Shown: in pieces, positions 39,261 through 49,587 of the stretch
Position numbering within the stretch: position 1 is the first letter of the stretch
Layout: each line of letters starts with the position of its first letter
The notes under the pieces: model-generated
What the model saw: only the letters and a program-made list of their open reading frames with translations
Told to the model about the DNA's origin: nothing
The model's database searches: none
Translations under genes and position numbers: made by a program
Assembly (NCBI GenBank): GCA_965225945.1
Contig: CBDDBZ010000038.1
Location: 384,001-448,000 of the forward strand
Source: Alphaproteobacteria bacterium
Lineage (GTDB): Bacteria; Pseudomonadota; Alphaproteobacteria; GCA-2731375
Reading direction: 5' to 3'
DNA length: 64,000 bases

Positions 39261-42002
39261 ATGACCGAATTGGTTGACTTCACAGCCCCGCCACGCCGTT
39301 CCGCCGTCTTCGTCATCGGCGCTTCCGTTCTCTTGATCTCGATCCTCGCCATCGTCGGCTTCCGGGGCGCGGTCAGATCGGTCGGCAACACCGAGATCGT
39401 GACGCTCGAGGTCGTCGGCCGCGACGGCGCGGCCCCGCCCGCCGCGCAACTGTCGATCGCGCCGGCGGTAAACATGGCGCGGGTGGATCGGGCGAGCGCC
39501 ACGGGTAGATGGCGGCTCGAGGCGATCCCCGTCGGCGGTCTCGTGCTGCATCTGACGGAGGGCTGGCGCGAGAGCCTGGACCATGTGCGGATCGCCGTCG
39601 GCGACGTCTCGCGGCGCTACGACGCGGCGGCCGTGGCGCGCGAGTGGCCCCGTGTCGAGCCGTCGAGTGTCGAGAGGTCGGGCGAAGCCGGGCTCGAGGC
39701 GCGAGCACCCCCGCCCGACGATTTCCCGACCAAGGTGCTGCCGGGCTTCGGCGTCGAGGCGCTCAATTGGGCCGGGACCGGCCCGATGCTCGCCAGGGCC
39801 TTCACCCCGGCGCTCGTGGTGGCGCTGCTCCTTGCCTGGCTCGCCGTCAGGACCCTGGGCGCGGACCGGGCGACGAGAGGAATTGGCGCCTGGCTGATCG
39901 CGGCACGCCCCCCGGCCCCCGCCCAGGGTCCGGCGGCGCCAGCCACCTCCTGGCTCGCCCTCGGACTCGGCGTCGTGGTCTCCGGCTTCGCGTTGCTGGA
40001 GATGGCGGAGCCCTACTATTTCGTCGAGGACGACAACTTCACTCAGTTTCTGGGGCCCATCCTGCACGGCTGCCGGGTGCTCGACGAAGGTGGCTGGCCC
40101 GACTACAACCCCTATCAGCTCATGGGCGTGCCGCTCGCCAACGTCGGCATCTACGGGCTCACCTATCCCGCGATGTGGCTCGCCTGCGCCGTGGCCGGCG
40201 ACGGTCTCGGCCTGCCGACCGCGACCCTGGAGGTCTATGCGGCCATGCATCTGGCGGCGGGCTATCTCGCCTGCTTCGTTCTCGGCCGTCGCCTCGGACT
40301 GGTGGCGCCGCTGGCCATGGCGTTCGGCGTCTCCTTCGCGCTCTCGGGCTATTTCCTGATCGCCGGACGGTCCTGGTACTACATGCTGCCGGTGGCGACT
40401 TGGTTGCCGCTCCTGGTGCTCTCGGCGGTCGTGCTCCGGAGCAGCCCGCGACCGGGCCGTTGGGCCTTCTGGAGCGGCCTCGCGATCGGTCTGTTCTTTC
40501 ACGCCGGCAATGCCCAGATGTGGTGCTATGGCGTGATCGCCTGGGGCGCGGTGCTGGGAATCGACTGGTTCGGCGGCCGGCTGAACTGGCGCCGCCTGCT
40601 CTGGGCCGCCGCCGCGCTCGCCTTCGGCCTCGCCGTCGCGGCCCCGCTGCTGGTGCCGCAGCTCATGTTCCTCTCCGGTATCGATCGTTATGCGGCCGAG
40701 GGCAACGGCATCTGGAACATGCTGGCGGCCCTGTTCCTGCCCTATCCGCTGGTCGCGGCGGAACACCCCAACGGCTGGGGCGCGGAATTCGGCGGCCGGA
40801 TGACACAAATGGCTTATTCCGGCACGGTCCTGACGCTCGCCGGCGGCGTGGCGGTGATAGCGGTCATCACCGCCTGGCTCCGCTTCCGCCTCGATCGGGA
40901 CTGCCTGATCCGCCATCGCTGGGCGCTGCTGGCGTTGCTGGCGCTCGTGGTCGCCTTGGGCGATGCCGGCCTCGCCTGGTCGGCGCTGGCCAAGCTGCCC
41001 TTCTTCGGCTACTTCACCCACCCCTTCAAGCTGCTGCCGTACGTGGTCCTGTTCCTGAACCTGGCCGGAGCGCTGATCCTGGGCGAGCTGCTTCGCCGGC
41101 GCCCCGTCCTGCTGGCCGGCCTCTCCCTCGCGGTGGCATTGCTGATGCTCTATAACGCGGCCATCGCGCGGGCGAGTTTCCTCTCCTTTCCGGATCCGCC
41201 CTATCCGGCTCCGAGTCGCGCGATGGCCGATACGCTGGGCGCGGGCGGAAGCAAGCTCGGAGCCCGAATCGTCGTCGAGAGCTATTTTCGCGATCCCCGT
41301 GTCGCCGACGTCCTAGGCCGCAACATCGCGACCGCGCATGGCGTCATGGCGATCGGCGGCTACGGATCGATGACCGCCTTCGGCCACGAATACGCGACGC
41401 TCGAGCGCGCCGTCATCGAGCGTCCGATCGCCGCGCGCCGCGCCTATGGTGTCCGCTGGTTGGTCCGTCAAAATCCGACCCGAGCCGAGGTCGGACGCGC
41501 CGCCGGCTATTGGGGCGAATACTTCATGTGGAAGTTTACCCATCCCCTCCGGGCCGAGGTCTCGGGCGTGGCCCCGGTGGTGACAGCCAAAAGAGCGCAA
41601 GTTCTGGACCTGGGTCCGGCCGACCCGGTGGCCTTCCCGCTCGGCCGGCCGGATCGCCCCCTGGTGGCGCGACTGATTCGGGGCAAGGTCGAGGTGGAGT
41701 TGCCACCGTCGACCGCGGCCGGCGAAATCGTGTTGAATTTCTTGGCTAGGCCGCGTCTGGTCCCGCGTCTCGACGGCGAGACGCTGGAGGCACGGGCCGA
41801 CGAATGGGGCCGGATCGTCGCCCGGGTGCCGGCGGGCGGCGGCCTGTTGCGGTTGGACTACGACGCCGGCTGGATCAGAGGCGGCGTTTTGAGCCTCGTG
41901 CTGGCGATCAACGCGCTCGCCCTCGCCCTCGTCGCCTTCATGGCCGAGCTCTGGTGGAGCGGACGGTTCCGTGCCCCGGTTCCCGACGAGATGCAACCAT
42001 GA
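39261..42002 (+). CDS. Large polytopic membrane protein, YfhO/GT-C glycosyltransferase-like
   Basis: More than 10 hydrophobic helices; EDDN acidic loop, YNPYQLMGVPL; periplasmic C-terminal region and terminal TM; operon with sugar genes and GtrA. Confidence 0.65.
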   Translation: MTELVDFTAPPRRSAVFVIGASVLLISILAIVGFRGAVRSVGNTEIVTLEVVGRDGAAPPAAQLSIAPAVNMARVDRASATGRWRLEAIPVGGLVLHLTEGWRESLDHVRIAVGDVSRRYDAAAVAREWPRVEPSSVERSGEAGLEARAPPPDDFPTKVLPGFGVEALNWAGTGPMLARAFTPALVVALLLAWLAVRTLGADRATRGIGAWLIAARPPAPAQGPAAPATSWLALGLGVVVSGFALLEMAEPYYFVEDDNFTQFLGPILHGCRVLDEGGWPDYNPYQLMGVPLANVGIYGLTYPAMWLACAVAGDGLGLPTATLEVYAAMHLAAGYLACFVLGRRLGLVAPLAMAFGVSFALSGYFLIAGRSWYYMLPVATWLPLLVLSAVVLRSSPRPGRWAFWSGLAIGLFFHAGNAQMWCYGVIAWGAVLGIDWFGGRLNWRRLLWAAAALAFGLAVAAPLLVPQLMFLSGIDRYAAEGNGIWNMLAALFLPYPLVAAEHPNGWGAEFGGRMTQMAYSGTVLTLAGGVAVIAVITAWLRFRLDRDCLIRHRWALLALLALVVALGDAGLAWSALAKLPFFGYFTHPFKLLPYVVLFLNLAGALILGELLRRRPVLLAGLSLAVALLMLYNAAIARASFLSFPDPPYPAPSRAMADTLGAGGSKLGARIVVESYFRDPRVADVLGRNIATAHGVMAIGGYGSMTAFGHEYATLERAVIERPIAARRAYGVRWLVRQNPTRAEVGRAAGYWGEYFMWKFTHPLRAEVSGVAPVVTAKRAQVLDLGPADPVAFPLGRPDRPLVARLIRGKVEVELPPSTAAGEIVLNFLARPRLVPRLDGETLEARADEWGRIVARVPAGGGLLRLDYDAGWIRGGVLSLVLAINALALALVAFMAELWWSGRFRAPVPDEMQP

Positions 42003-43042
42003 GCGCGCGGCCCGCCGAGCTGGCGGCGCTCGCCCAATTCTCCGCCGAGCTCGGCGCGAACGTCGACTTGGTGCAGGGCGGCGGGGGCAACAGCTCGCTC
42101 GAGGCCGACGGTCGGCTCTGGATCAAGGCGTCGGGCATGTGGCTCGCCCAGGCCAGCGAGCGGGAGATCTTCATGCCCGTCGATCTGGCGCGCCTGCGGG
42201 CCAACATCGCGGCCGACGAGGCCGAGCCGACCGACGGTGCCTATGATGCCACTGGCGGCCTCCGCCCCTCGATCGAGACCACGCTGCATGCCCTGATGTC
42301 GGCGCCGGTGGTGCTGCACACCCATTCTGTCAACGCCATCGCCTGGGCCACGCGACGGGACGGCGCCGACGCCCTGGCACCCCTGCTCGAGGGGATCGAT
42401 TGGCTCTGGGTCGAGTACGAGCGGCCCGGTCTGCCGCTGACCCGCGCCGTGCGCCAGGGCCTGGAGATGCGCCCCCGCGCCCGCGTGCTGGTGCTGCGCA
42501 ACCACGGTCTCGTGGTCTCCGGCGATACGGTCGAGGAGACCCGGCGCTTGAACGCCGAGGTCGAGCGGCGCTTGGCGATCCCTCCGCGCGCCGCGCCCCC
42601 GACCGATCTCGCCCGGCTGGATATCGAAGCCGCCCGGGACGGCTGGCGGCTTCCCGGGGACCCCCTGGTGCATGCCATCGCCTCCGAGGCCGGCGCGCTA
42701 CGAATCGCGCGCCTGGGGCCGCTCTATCCCGACCATGTGGTGTTTCTCGACGGTGCCCTCCCGGTTTTGGAGCGGACAGATGACTTGGCCGGCCTCGTCG
42801 CCCGCCATCGTCGAGACTGGGGCCGGTCCCCCGCCTATGTGGCTCTGCCGGGCGCCGGCGTCCTGGTCGCCGCCGATATCTCGCCGGGGGCGGAGGAGAT
42901 GCTCCGCTGTCTCGCGGGGGTGGTGCTCAGGATCGCGCCCGAGTGGCCGATCGAGGCCTTGTCGCCGCCGGCGGTGGCGGCTTTGGTGAATTGGGAAGCG
43001 GAGCATTTTCGCCGCGCCCTCGACAAACCCCGGGCGGACTGA
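41999..43042 (+). CDS. Class II aldolase/adducin family protein
   Basis: QGGGGNSS, IKASG, RPSIETTLH, LHTH, LRNHG, YPDH. Confidence 0.88.
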   Translation: MSARPAELAALAQFSAELGANVDLVQGGGGNSSLEADGRLWIKASGMWLAQASEREIFMPVDLARLRANIAADEAEPTDGAYDATGGLRPSIETTLHALMSAPVVLHTHSVNAIAWATRRDGADALAPLLEGIDWLWVEYERPGLPLTRAVRQGLEMRPRARVLVLRNHGLVVSGDTVEETRRLNAEVERRLAIPPRAAPPTDLARLDIEAARDGWRLPGDPLVHAIASEAGALRIARLGPLYPDHVVFLDGALPVLERTDDLAGLVARHRRDWGRSPAYVALPGAGVLVAADISPGAEEMLRCLAGVVLRIAPEWPIEALSPPAVAALVNWEAEHFRRALDKPRAD

Positions 43043-43067
43043 CGGGCAGGGATCGGAAACGGGGAGC

Positions 43068-44726
43068 ATGCAAATCGTCGTGCCGATGTCGGGTTACGGA
43101 GAGCGCTTCCGCCGCGCCGGATACACCCTGCCCAAGCCACTCATCGAGGTCGAAGGGAAGCCGATCATCCAGCACGTCGTCGAGCTCTTCCCCGGCGCCG
43201 AGGCCATCGTCTTCGTCTGCAATCGCGAGCATCTGGAGACGCCCGAGTTCGAGCTGGCGGCGACATTGAAGCGGATCGCGCCCGAGGGACGGATCGCGGC
43301 GATCGAGCCGCACCGTCTGGGCCCGGTACATGCGGTGTTGATGGCGCTCGACCAAATCGACTCCGACCGGCCGGTGATCGTCAACTATTGCGACTTCACC
43401 TGTTACTGGGACTTCGCCGATTTTCGCCGCTTCGCCGCCGAGACCGGGGCCGAGGGGATCATCCCCTGCTATCGGGGCTTTCACCCGCACATGGTGGGCT
43501 CCACCAACTACGCCTATGTCCGCGAAACCGACGGCTGGATCGAGGATATCCAGGAAAAGCAGCCGTTCACGGCAACGCCGATGGCCGAATACGCCTCCAG
43601 CGGGACCTACCATTTCGCCTCCGGCGCCCTGCTGCGCGAGGCTTTCGAGCGTGCCGTGAGCGAGGGACATGGGCTGGGCGGCGAATTCTACGCGAGCCTC
43701 GCCTACAAACCGCTGCTGGCCGATGGCCGCGCCATCGCGGTCTACGAGCTGCAGCACTTCATGCAGTGGGGGACGCCCCGGGATCTGGCGGAGTATCGCG
43801 CCTGGTCGGCGGCCTTCCGCCGCCTCGGGCAGCCTGAGCCCGCGCCGCCGGCGCGCCACGCCGGTGCCGTGCTGCTGCCGATGGCGGGGCTCGGGAGTCG
43901 CTTTCGAGACGCGGGGTGGGAAACGCCGAAGCCGCTGATCCCGGTCTCCGGCGCGGCCATGGCGCTCCGCGCCGCCGCCGCGCTGCCGGAGGCCGAACGC
44001 CGGGTGGTGGTCCTGCGCCAGGATCTGGTGGGGCGGGAGCAAGTTCGGGCGGCGCTCGAGGTGGCGGCGCCGACCCGTTTCGTGGTCCTGGATGGGCCCA
44101 CCGACGGGCAGGCCCGGAGCTGCGTCCTGGCGCTGGACGAGGTCGCGCCGGACGCCGCGCTCACCATCGGCGCCTGCGATACCGGCGCGCTCTATGACGG
44201 CGCAGGGCTGCAGGTCTTGCTCGACGACGAGGACATCGATCTGGTGGTCTGGGTCGCCCGCGGCCATCCGCCCGCGGTCTGCCGGCCGGAGATGTACGGC
44301 TGGGTCGAGACCGACGAGGGGGGCCGCGTGCTCGCCGTCTCGGTCAAGCGGCCACTGGGGGATCCGGCGCGCGATGCCGTCATCATCGGGACCTTCAGCT
44401 TCCGCCGCGCCGCCGACTTCGCCCGCGCGGCGGCACGCTTGTTCGAGCGCGGCGCCACCGTCAACGGGGAATACTACGTCGACAGCTGCATCGAGGACGC
44501 CATCGCCCTCGAACTCGAGGTCCGCGTTTTCGAGATCGACCACTATCTCTGTTGGGGAACGCCGAACGAGCTCGCCGCCTTCGAATACTGGCAGTCGTGC
44601 TTCCACAAGTGGCCGAGCCACCCCTACAGGCTCGAGGCCGATCCGATGATCGCGCCCGAGGCGGCGCGAGCCCTCGCCGCGCGCTACCGCGCCGCACCGC
44701 CGCCGCGCCCGGGCCGGCGACTGTGA
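43068..44726 (+). CDS. Tandem double nucleotidyltransferase (two NTP_transferase-like domains)
   Basis: PMSGYGERF...PKPLI and PMAGLGSRF...PKPLI; two GE(F/Y)Y and WGTP motifs. Confidence 0.88.
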   Translation: MQIVVPMSGYGERFRRAGYTLPKPLIEVEGKPIIQHVVELFPGAEAIVFVCNREHLETPEFELAATLKRIAPEGRIAAIEPHRLGPVHAVLMALDQIDSDRPVIVNYCDFTCYWDFADFRRFAAETGAEGIIPCYRGFHPHMVGSTNYAYVRETDGWIEDIQEKQPFTATPMAEYASSGTYHFASGALLREAFERAVSEGHGLGGEFYASLAYKPLLADGRAIAVYELQHFMQWGTPRDLAEYRAWSAAFRRLGQPEPAPPARHAGAVLLPMAGLGSRFRDAGWETPKPLIPVSGAAMALRAAAALPEAERRVVVLRQDLVGREQVRAALEVAAPTRFVVLDGPTDGQARSCVLALDEVAPDAALTIGACDTGALYDGAGLQVLLDDEDIDLVVWVARGHPPAVCRPEMYGWVETDEGGRVLAVSVKRPLGDPARDAVIIGTFSFRRAADFARAAARLFERGATVNGEYYVDSCIEDAIALELEVRVFEIDHYLCWGTPNELAAFEYWQSCFHKWPSHPYRLEADPMIAPEAARALAARYRAAPPPRPGRRL

Positions 44727-45103
44727 GCACCCTTCGCCAGGCCCGCCGCTTCCTCGTCGTCGGCACCACCACGGTCCTGGTCGACCTGGCGAGCTACAGC
44801 TTCTGTCTCTGGCTGGGCGTGGGAATCGACCCGGCGAAGGGGATCGGCTTCGTCGTCGGCACCATTTTCGCCTATGTGGCCAACCGGCTCTGGACCTTCT
44901 CGGCCCGGGGCGGGGCGGATCGGGTGTTCCGTTTCGCCGCGCTCTATCTCTCGACCCTGGTGGTGAACGTCGCCGTCAACGCCGGCATGGTCTGGCTGGG
45001 GGGAACCGCCAAGCCGGCGCTGGCCGCCGCCTTCGTGGTCGCCACCGGGCTCTCGGCCTGTCTGAATTTCCTTGGCATGAAGTTCCTCGTCTTCCGCGCC
45101 TGA
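44723..45103 (+). CDS. GtrA family flippase
   Basis: [22 protein letters not shown]; four TM helices. Confidence 0.88.
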   Translation: MSTLRQARRFLVVGTTTVLVDLASYSFCLWLGVGIDPAKGIGFVVGTIFAYVANRLWTFSARGGADRVFRFAALYLSTLVVNVAVNAGMVWLGGTAKPALAAAFVVATGLSACLNFLGMKFLVFRA

Positions 45104-45228
45104 AGCGGGGCGGTGCGTCGAGGTCTTCCATTTCGACGAGCGCTGTCCCGCCGGCAAAATCATTGCCTTTTCCGCGTCCGCGCAGCATAGTGCCGGAAGC
45201 ACGTGACCGCCGAAGGAGGGCCGGGTCC

Positions 45229-45699
45229 GTGAAATCCATCCTCAGCTTGACGCTCAACGGACGGTCGCGCGACGACCTGGTCGCCGACAACCTGTTGCTG
45301 GTCGACTACCTGCGCGAGGTCGCCGGCCTCACCGGCACCAAGATCGGCTGCGACGGCGGCGAGTGCGGGGCCTGCACCGTGCTGGTCGACGGCCGGCCGC
45401 GCCATTCCTGCCTGACGCTCGCGGCCCAGCTCCGGGGCCGGGCGGTGGAGACCATCGAGGCGCTGGCGAGCAACGGGCGGATGAGCGCGCTGCAACGCGG
45501 CTTCCACGAGAAGTTGGGCGCGCAGTGCGGTTTCTGCACGCCCGGCATGATCATGGCCGCCGAGGGCCTGCTGAGGCGCAATCCCGATCCGAGCGAGGCG
45601 GAGATCGAGGCCGGCCTCGCCGCCAACATTTGCCGCTGCACCGGCTACGTGAAGATCATCGAGGCGGTTCGCCAGGCGGCCGAGGAGGCGCGCGCATGA
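45229..45699 (+). CDS. hcrC: 4-hydroxybenzoyl-CoA reductase gamma subunit (2Fe-2S)
   Basis: [39 protein letters not shown]; AAGGAGG before GTG. Confidence 0.85.
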   Translation: MKSILSLTLNGRSRDDLVADNLLLVDYLREVAGLTGTKIGCDGGECGACTVLVDGRPRHSCLTLAAQLRGRAVETIEALASNGRMSALQRGFHEKLGAQCGFCTPGMIMAAEGLLRRNPDPSEAEIEAGLAANICRCTGYVKIIEAVRQAAEEARA

Positions 45700-48035
45700 G
45701 CCTCGCCGAGAGCCGCGTGGAGACGCCGGCGATCGGCGTGCCGCAGCCCCTGATCGACGGGCCGCAGAAGGTCATGGGTCGGGCACTTTATTCCGCCGAC
45801 TTCCAGGCCGCCGGCATGGCCGTCGGCCGGGTCCTCCGCAGCCCGCATGCCCATGCCCGCATCGTCTCGCTCGACACCTCGGCGGCCGAAGCGATGGAAG
45901 GTGTCGCGGCCGTGGTCACCGGGGCCGACGTCGCCGCCAGCTATGGTGTGCTGCCGATCGCGATGAACGAATTCGCGCTGGCCCGCGACCGGGTGCGCTA
46001 CGCCGGCGAGCCGGTGGCGGCGGTGGCCGCCGTCGACGTCGCCACGGCGCAAGCGGCGCTTCGCCGGATCCGGGTCGCCTACGAGGTGCTGCCGGCCTAT
46101 ATCCGCGCCGCCGACGCAGTGGCCGACGGCGCGGCGGCGCTGCACGACGATAAGCCCGACAACGTCGAGCGGCGGGTCGATTTCGAGCTCGGCGACGTCG
46201 AGGCCGGCTTCGCCGCAGCCGAGCTCGTGCTGGAGCGGGAATATTTCAACGCCGAGGTCTGCCAGGTGCAGATGGAGCCGCACGCGACCTTCGCCGAATA
46301 CGACGGCGAGCGCGAGGATTTGACGGTCCACACCTGCACCCAGGTACCCTATTACGTGCACCTGATGCTGGCCCGCACGCTGGAAATGGAGAAATCGCGG
46401 ATCCGCGTGATCAAGCCGCACATCGGCGGCGGCTTCGGCTGCCGGACCGAGACCTTGAACGTCGAGCTGATCGCCGCCCTCCTGGCGCGCAAGGCCGGCG
46501 GCGCGGTCAAGCTGCTCTCCAGCCGGGAAGAGACCTTCATCACCCATCGCGGCCGCCCGGAGACCACGACCCGGATGAAGCTGGGGCTGGCCAAGGACGG
46601 GCGGATCACCGCCGTCGATTGCGAGACGATCCAACGCGGCGGGGCTTACAGCGGCTACGGCATCGTCACCATCCTCTATGCCGGCTCGATGCTCTACGGC
46701 CTTTACGATATCGAGGCGGTGCGCTATCTCGGCCTCCGCGTTCTGACCAACACACCGCCTTGCGGCGCCTTCCGCGGCCACGGCACGGTCAACACCCGCT
46801 TCGCCTTCGAAAGCCTGCTGGACGAAGTGGCTGACGGCCTCGGCCTCGACCCCTTCGCCGTCCGCCGGGCGAACTTGCTCAGCCCGCCCACCATGACCAC
46901 CAACGACCTGCTGGTGAACAGCTACGGGCTGCCTGAGTGCCTGGACCGGGTCGAGGCGGCGAGCGGCTGGCGGGAACGCAAGGGCGCGCTCGGGCCGGGC
47001 CGGGGGCTCGGCATGGCCTGTTCGCATTACGTCTCCGGCGCCTCCAAGCCGAAGCACTGGACGGGCGAGCCGCATGCGACGGTGAACCTGAAGCTGGACT
47101 TCGACGGCTCGGTGACGCTGCTGACCGGCGCCGCGGAAATCGGCCAAGGCTCCTCCACCGTGCTGGCGCAATGCGCGGCCGAGACGCTGGGCGTCGACAT
47201 CTCGCGGATCCGCGTCGTCGCTTGCGACAGCCAGGTGACGCCCAAGGACAACGGCTCCTATTCCTCCCGCGTCACCTACATGGTCGGCAACGCCACGATC
47301 CAAGCGGCGGAAAACCTGAAGGCGCTGCTGGTCGAGGCCGCGGCGGCCAAGCTGGAGGCCAGGCCGGAGGAGATCGAATGCTCCGGCGAGACTTTCCGCC
47401 GCGGCAGCCAGGACCAGGGCCTCGAGTTCGACGAGGTGGTGGCCGCCGCGCTCGAGGGCACGGGCACCATCACCGTCAAGGGGACCTACGAGACGCTGCC
47501 GGAATCCTGGGGCGGGCGGAAATATCGCGGCGCCGCGATCGGCGGCACCATGGCCTTCTCCTATGCGGCCCAGGTGGTCGAGGTCGCGGTCGATGCGGAG
47601 ACCGGGGAGATCGAGGTGGTCCGGGTCTGGGTCGCGCACGACTGCGGCAAGGCGTTGAACCCGCTGGCCGTCGAGGGCCAGGTCCAGGGCTCGGTCTGGA
47701 TGGGCCTCGGCCAGGCGATGACGGAGGAGACCCGCTTCCACGAGGGCCTGGCGATCACCGCCAACATGCTGGACTACCGGGTGCCGACCATCCTCGATTC
47801 GCCACCGATCGAGGTCGCCATCGTCGAGGCGGCGGACCCCCACGGCCCGTTCGGCGCCAAGGAGGCGGGGGAGGGCTCGCTCGCCGGCTTCCTGCCGGCC
47901 CTGACGGCGGCGGTGGCCGACGCCATCGGCGTCCGCGCCCCCGATTTGCCGCTGACCCCGGAACGGCTGCTGGAGCTGATCGAGAAGGCCCCCAAGCGCC
48001 GAGGTTCCGCGAGATCCGTTCGAGTGCAATCGTGA
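45696..48035 (+). CDS. hcrA: 4-hydroxybenzoyl-CoA reductase alpha subunit (Mo)
   Basis: [46 protein letters not shown] and GAKEAGEG match the HcrA/HbaC sequence as recalled. Confidence 0.85.
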   Translation: MSLAESRVETPAIGVPQPLIDGPQKVMGRALYSADFQAAGMAVGRVLRSPHAHARIVSLDTSAAEAMEGVAAVVTGADVAASYGVLPIAMNEFALARDRVRYAGEPVAAVAAVDVATAQAALRRIRVAYEVLPAYIRAADAVADGAAALHDDKPDNVERRVDFELGDVEAGFAAAELVLEREYFNAEVCQVQMEPHATFAEYDGEREDLTVHTCTQVPYYVHLMLARTLEMEKSRIRVIKPHIGGGFGCRTETLNVELIAALLARKAGGAVKLLSSREETFITHRGRPETTTRMKLGLAKDGRITAVDCETIQRGGAYSGYGIVTILYAGSMLYGLYDIEAVRYLGLRVLTNTPPCGAFRGHGTVNTRFAFESLLDEVADGLGLDPFAVRRANLLSPPTMTTNDLLVNSYGLPECLDRVEAASGWRERKGALGPGRGLGMACSHYVSGASKPKHWTGEPHATVNLKLDFDGSVTLLTGAAEIGQGSSTVLAQCAAETLGVDISRIRVVACDSQVTPKDNGSYSSRVTYMVGNATIQAAENLKALLVEAAAAKLEARPEEIECSGETFRRGSQDQGLEFDEVVAAALEGTGTITVKGTYETLPESWGGRKYRGAAIGGTMAFSYAAQVVEVAVDAETGEIEVVRVWVAHDCGKALNPLAVEGQVQGSVWMGLGQAMTEETRFHEGLAITANMLDYRVPTILDSPPIEVAIVEAADPHGPFGAKEAGEGSLAGFLPALTAAVADAIGVRAPDLPLTPERLLELIEKAPKRRGSARSVRVQS

Positions 48036-48090
48036 TAAACGTCGTGGTCGACGACGCATCGATTCTCGATCCGAAGGGGAAAGTGAGCGC

Positions 48091-48849
48091 ATGACCGAGC
48101 CGATCCGCGTCTTCTGGCGCCCGGGGTGAACCAGTTGCCTGCGCGCGAAAGAGTTTCTTTCGTCCCGAGGTGTCGATTACGAGAGCATGAACGTCCAGGA
48201 CGATCCGGCGGCGATGGCGGCCTTGCGCGCCCTCGGCGCCCGGAGCGTGCCGGTGGTCTCCAGAGGTGATCGCTTCGTCTTCGCCCAATTGCTGAACGAG
48301 GTCACCGAGTTCCTCGAGATCGAGGCGGCGGCGGGGCCGGAACTCTCCGCCGCGACGCTGGCCGAACGGCTGGACCTGGTGCTGGAAACGGCGGCGCGGC
48401 TGATCGGCCAGTTTCCCGAGGCGCGCTTGGGCGACAAGCTGCTGAACCGCGACCGCACTTACCGCGTGCTCTGCCATCACGTCTTCCGCATAACCGAAGC
48501 CTTCCTGGAGACCATGGCCGGCGCGCCGCTGACCCACGAGATGCTGACCGCCGAGCCCGGCCCGGAGGTCGAAGGCGTCGCCGACATCACCGGCTACGGC
48601 GCAGGCGTGCAGGCCCGGCAGCAAGCCTGGTGGGAGGCGTGCGAGGACCGCGAGGGACGCCGGCCGGTCGAGACCTATTTCGGCCGCCAGACGATGCACG
48701 AGGTGCTGGAGCGCACCACCTGGCACACGGCGCAGCACGTCCGCCAACTGGCAATGGCGCTGGAGATGATGGCGATCGAAGCCGACCGCCCGCTGGATGG
48801 CGAGGCGCTGGCGGGCCTGCCCTTGCCGGAAGCCGTCTGGGACGGCTGA
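48091..48849 (+). CDS. Probable selenoprotein: UxxC glutaredoxin fused to a DinB-like domain (Sec TGA at 48127-29)
   Basis: MTEPIRVFWRPG-U-TSCLRAKEFLSSRGVDYESMNV...RSVPVV is in frame with the 220-aa ORF; purine-rich RBS; His motifs LCHH and WHTAQH. Confidence 0.85.
48137..48171 (+). promoter_or_regulatory. Bacterial SECIS-like hairpin
   Basis: Stem gcgaaaga/tctttcgt with GUU loop starting 23 nt after the UGA; lower stem gcct/aggt. Confidence 0.7.
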
Positions 48850-48899
48850 ACCAACGGTACAAGACGGCGCCGGTGCCCCTCACCAGCCACGCCCACCAT

Positions 48900-48939
48900 A
48901 TTCGTCTTCATTCGGCCTCATTCGGCCTCATTCGTCTTC
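48900..48939. repeat. Four 10-bp tandem units
   Basis: attcgtcttc attcggcctc attcggcctc attcgtcttc. Confidence 0.8.
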
Positions 48940-49119
48940 CGAAGCCCTCGACGCCGCGTGACCCGATCTCCACGGGCTCGCCGCCTGGCCATGAGCGGGA
49001 CGGGGGCGAAGAGGTGAACGCGCTAACTGAACAATGATCATAAAATGACCACATTGTCGCCAAACCGCGGGCATGAATCGAATCGCAGAATCGTCGAAAT
49101 CGCACGAGGGGTGGACACC

Positions 49120-49587
49120 ATGAACCTAGCCAAACCCGATTTCGGATTATCGATCGCCATGATGGGCGCCCTGTCGCTGGGCATTCTGCCGTTGGCGGCG
49201 AGCCCTGGCGGCGCCCGGGCGGACAGCTTGGCGAGGGCCTCGAACACCTCGCTCGGCGGTTCCCTGCAAATCGTCGAGGGATCGTTGACCGCGCTTGGCG
49301 GCAGCGCCCAGATCGCCGGCGCCAGCGTCGTCCTGGTCGTCGATTCGGTCCAGGTCGTGGGCGAGAGCGTCATCGTCGTCCTCGAGGTAACGGCGGAGGC
49401 CAGCCGCGTGATCCTTCAGGGCACGTTCGATGTCGTGCACCTTTCCACCATGGCTGTCGGCGAGACCATTACGGCCCTGCTGACGACGGTGGGCTACGTT
49501 CTCTTCAAGGGCGGTCGTCCGATCGCCTTCGTCCCGGCCGAGAAGGGCCGACATTTGGCCCACAGCAGCGTCTTCGGGAGGCAGTGA
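49120..49587 (+). CDS. Exported hypothetical protein, partner of the DUF2145 gene
   Basis: Signal peptide ending ARA; GYVL...GRPIAFVP; stop overlaps the next start. Confidence 0.65.
   Translation: MNLAKPDFGLSIAMMGALSLGILPLAASPGGARADSLARASNTSLGGSLQIVEGSLTALGGSAQIAGASVVLVVDSVQVVGESVIVVLEVTAEASRVILQGTFDVVHLSTMAVGETITALLTTVGYVLFKGGRPIAFVPAEKGRHLAHSSVFGRQ

Noticed and set aside
45645-48092. Long antisense or alternate-frame ORFs (815 aa here; also 61622-63868, 39222-41021, 56515-58275, 18016-19464)
   Set aside because: Shadows of real genes in high-GC DNA, with no recognisable motifs
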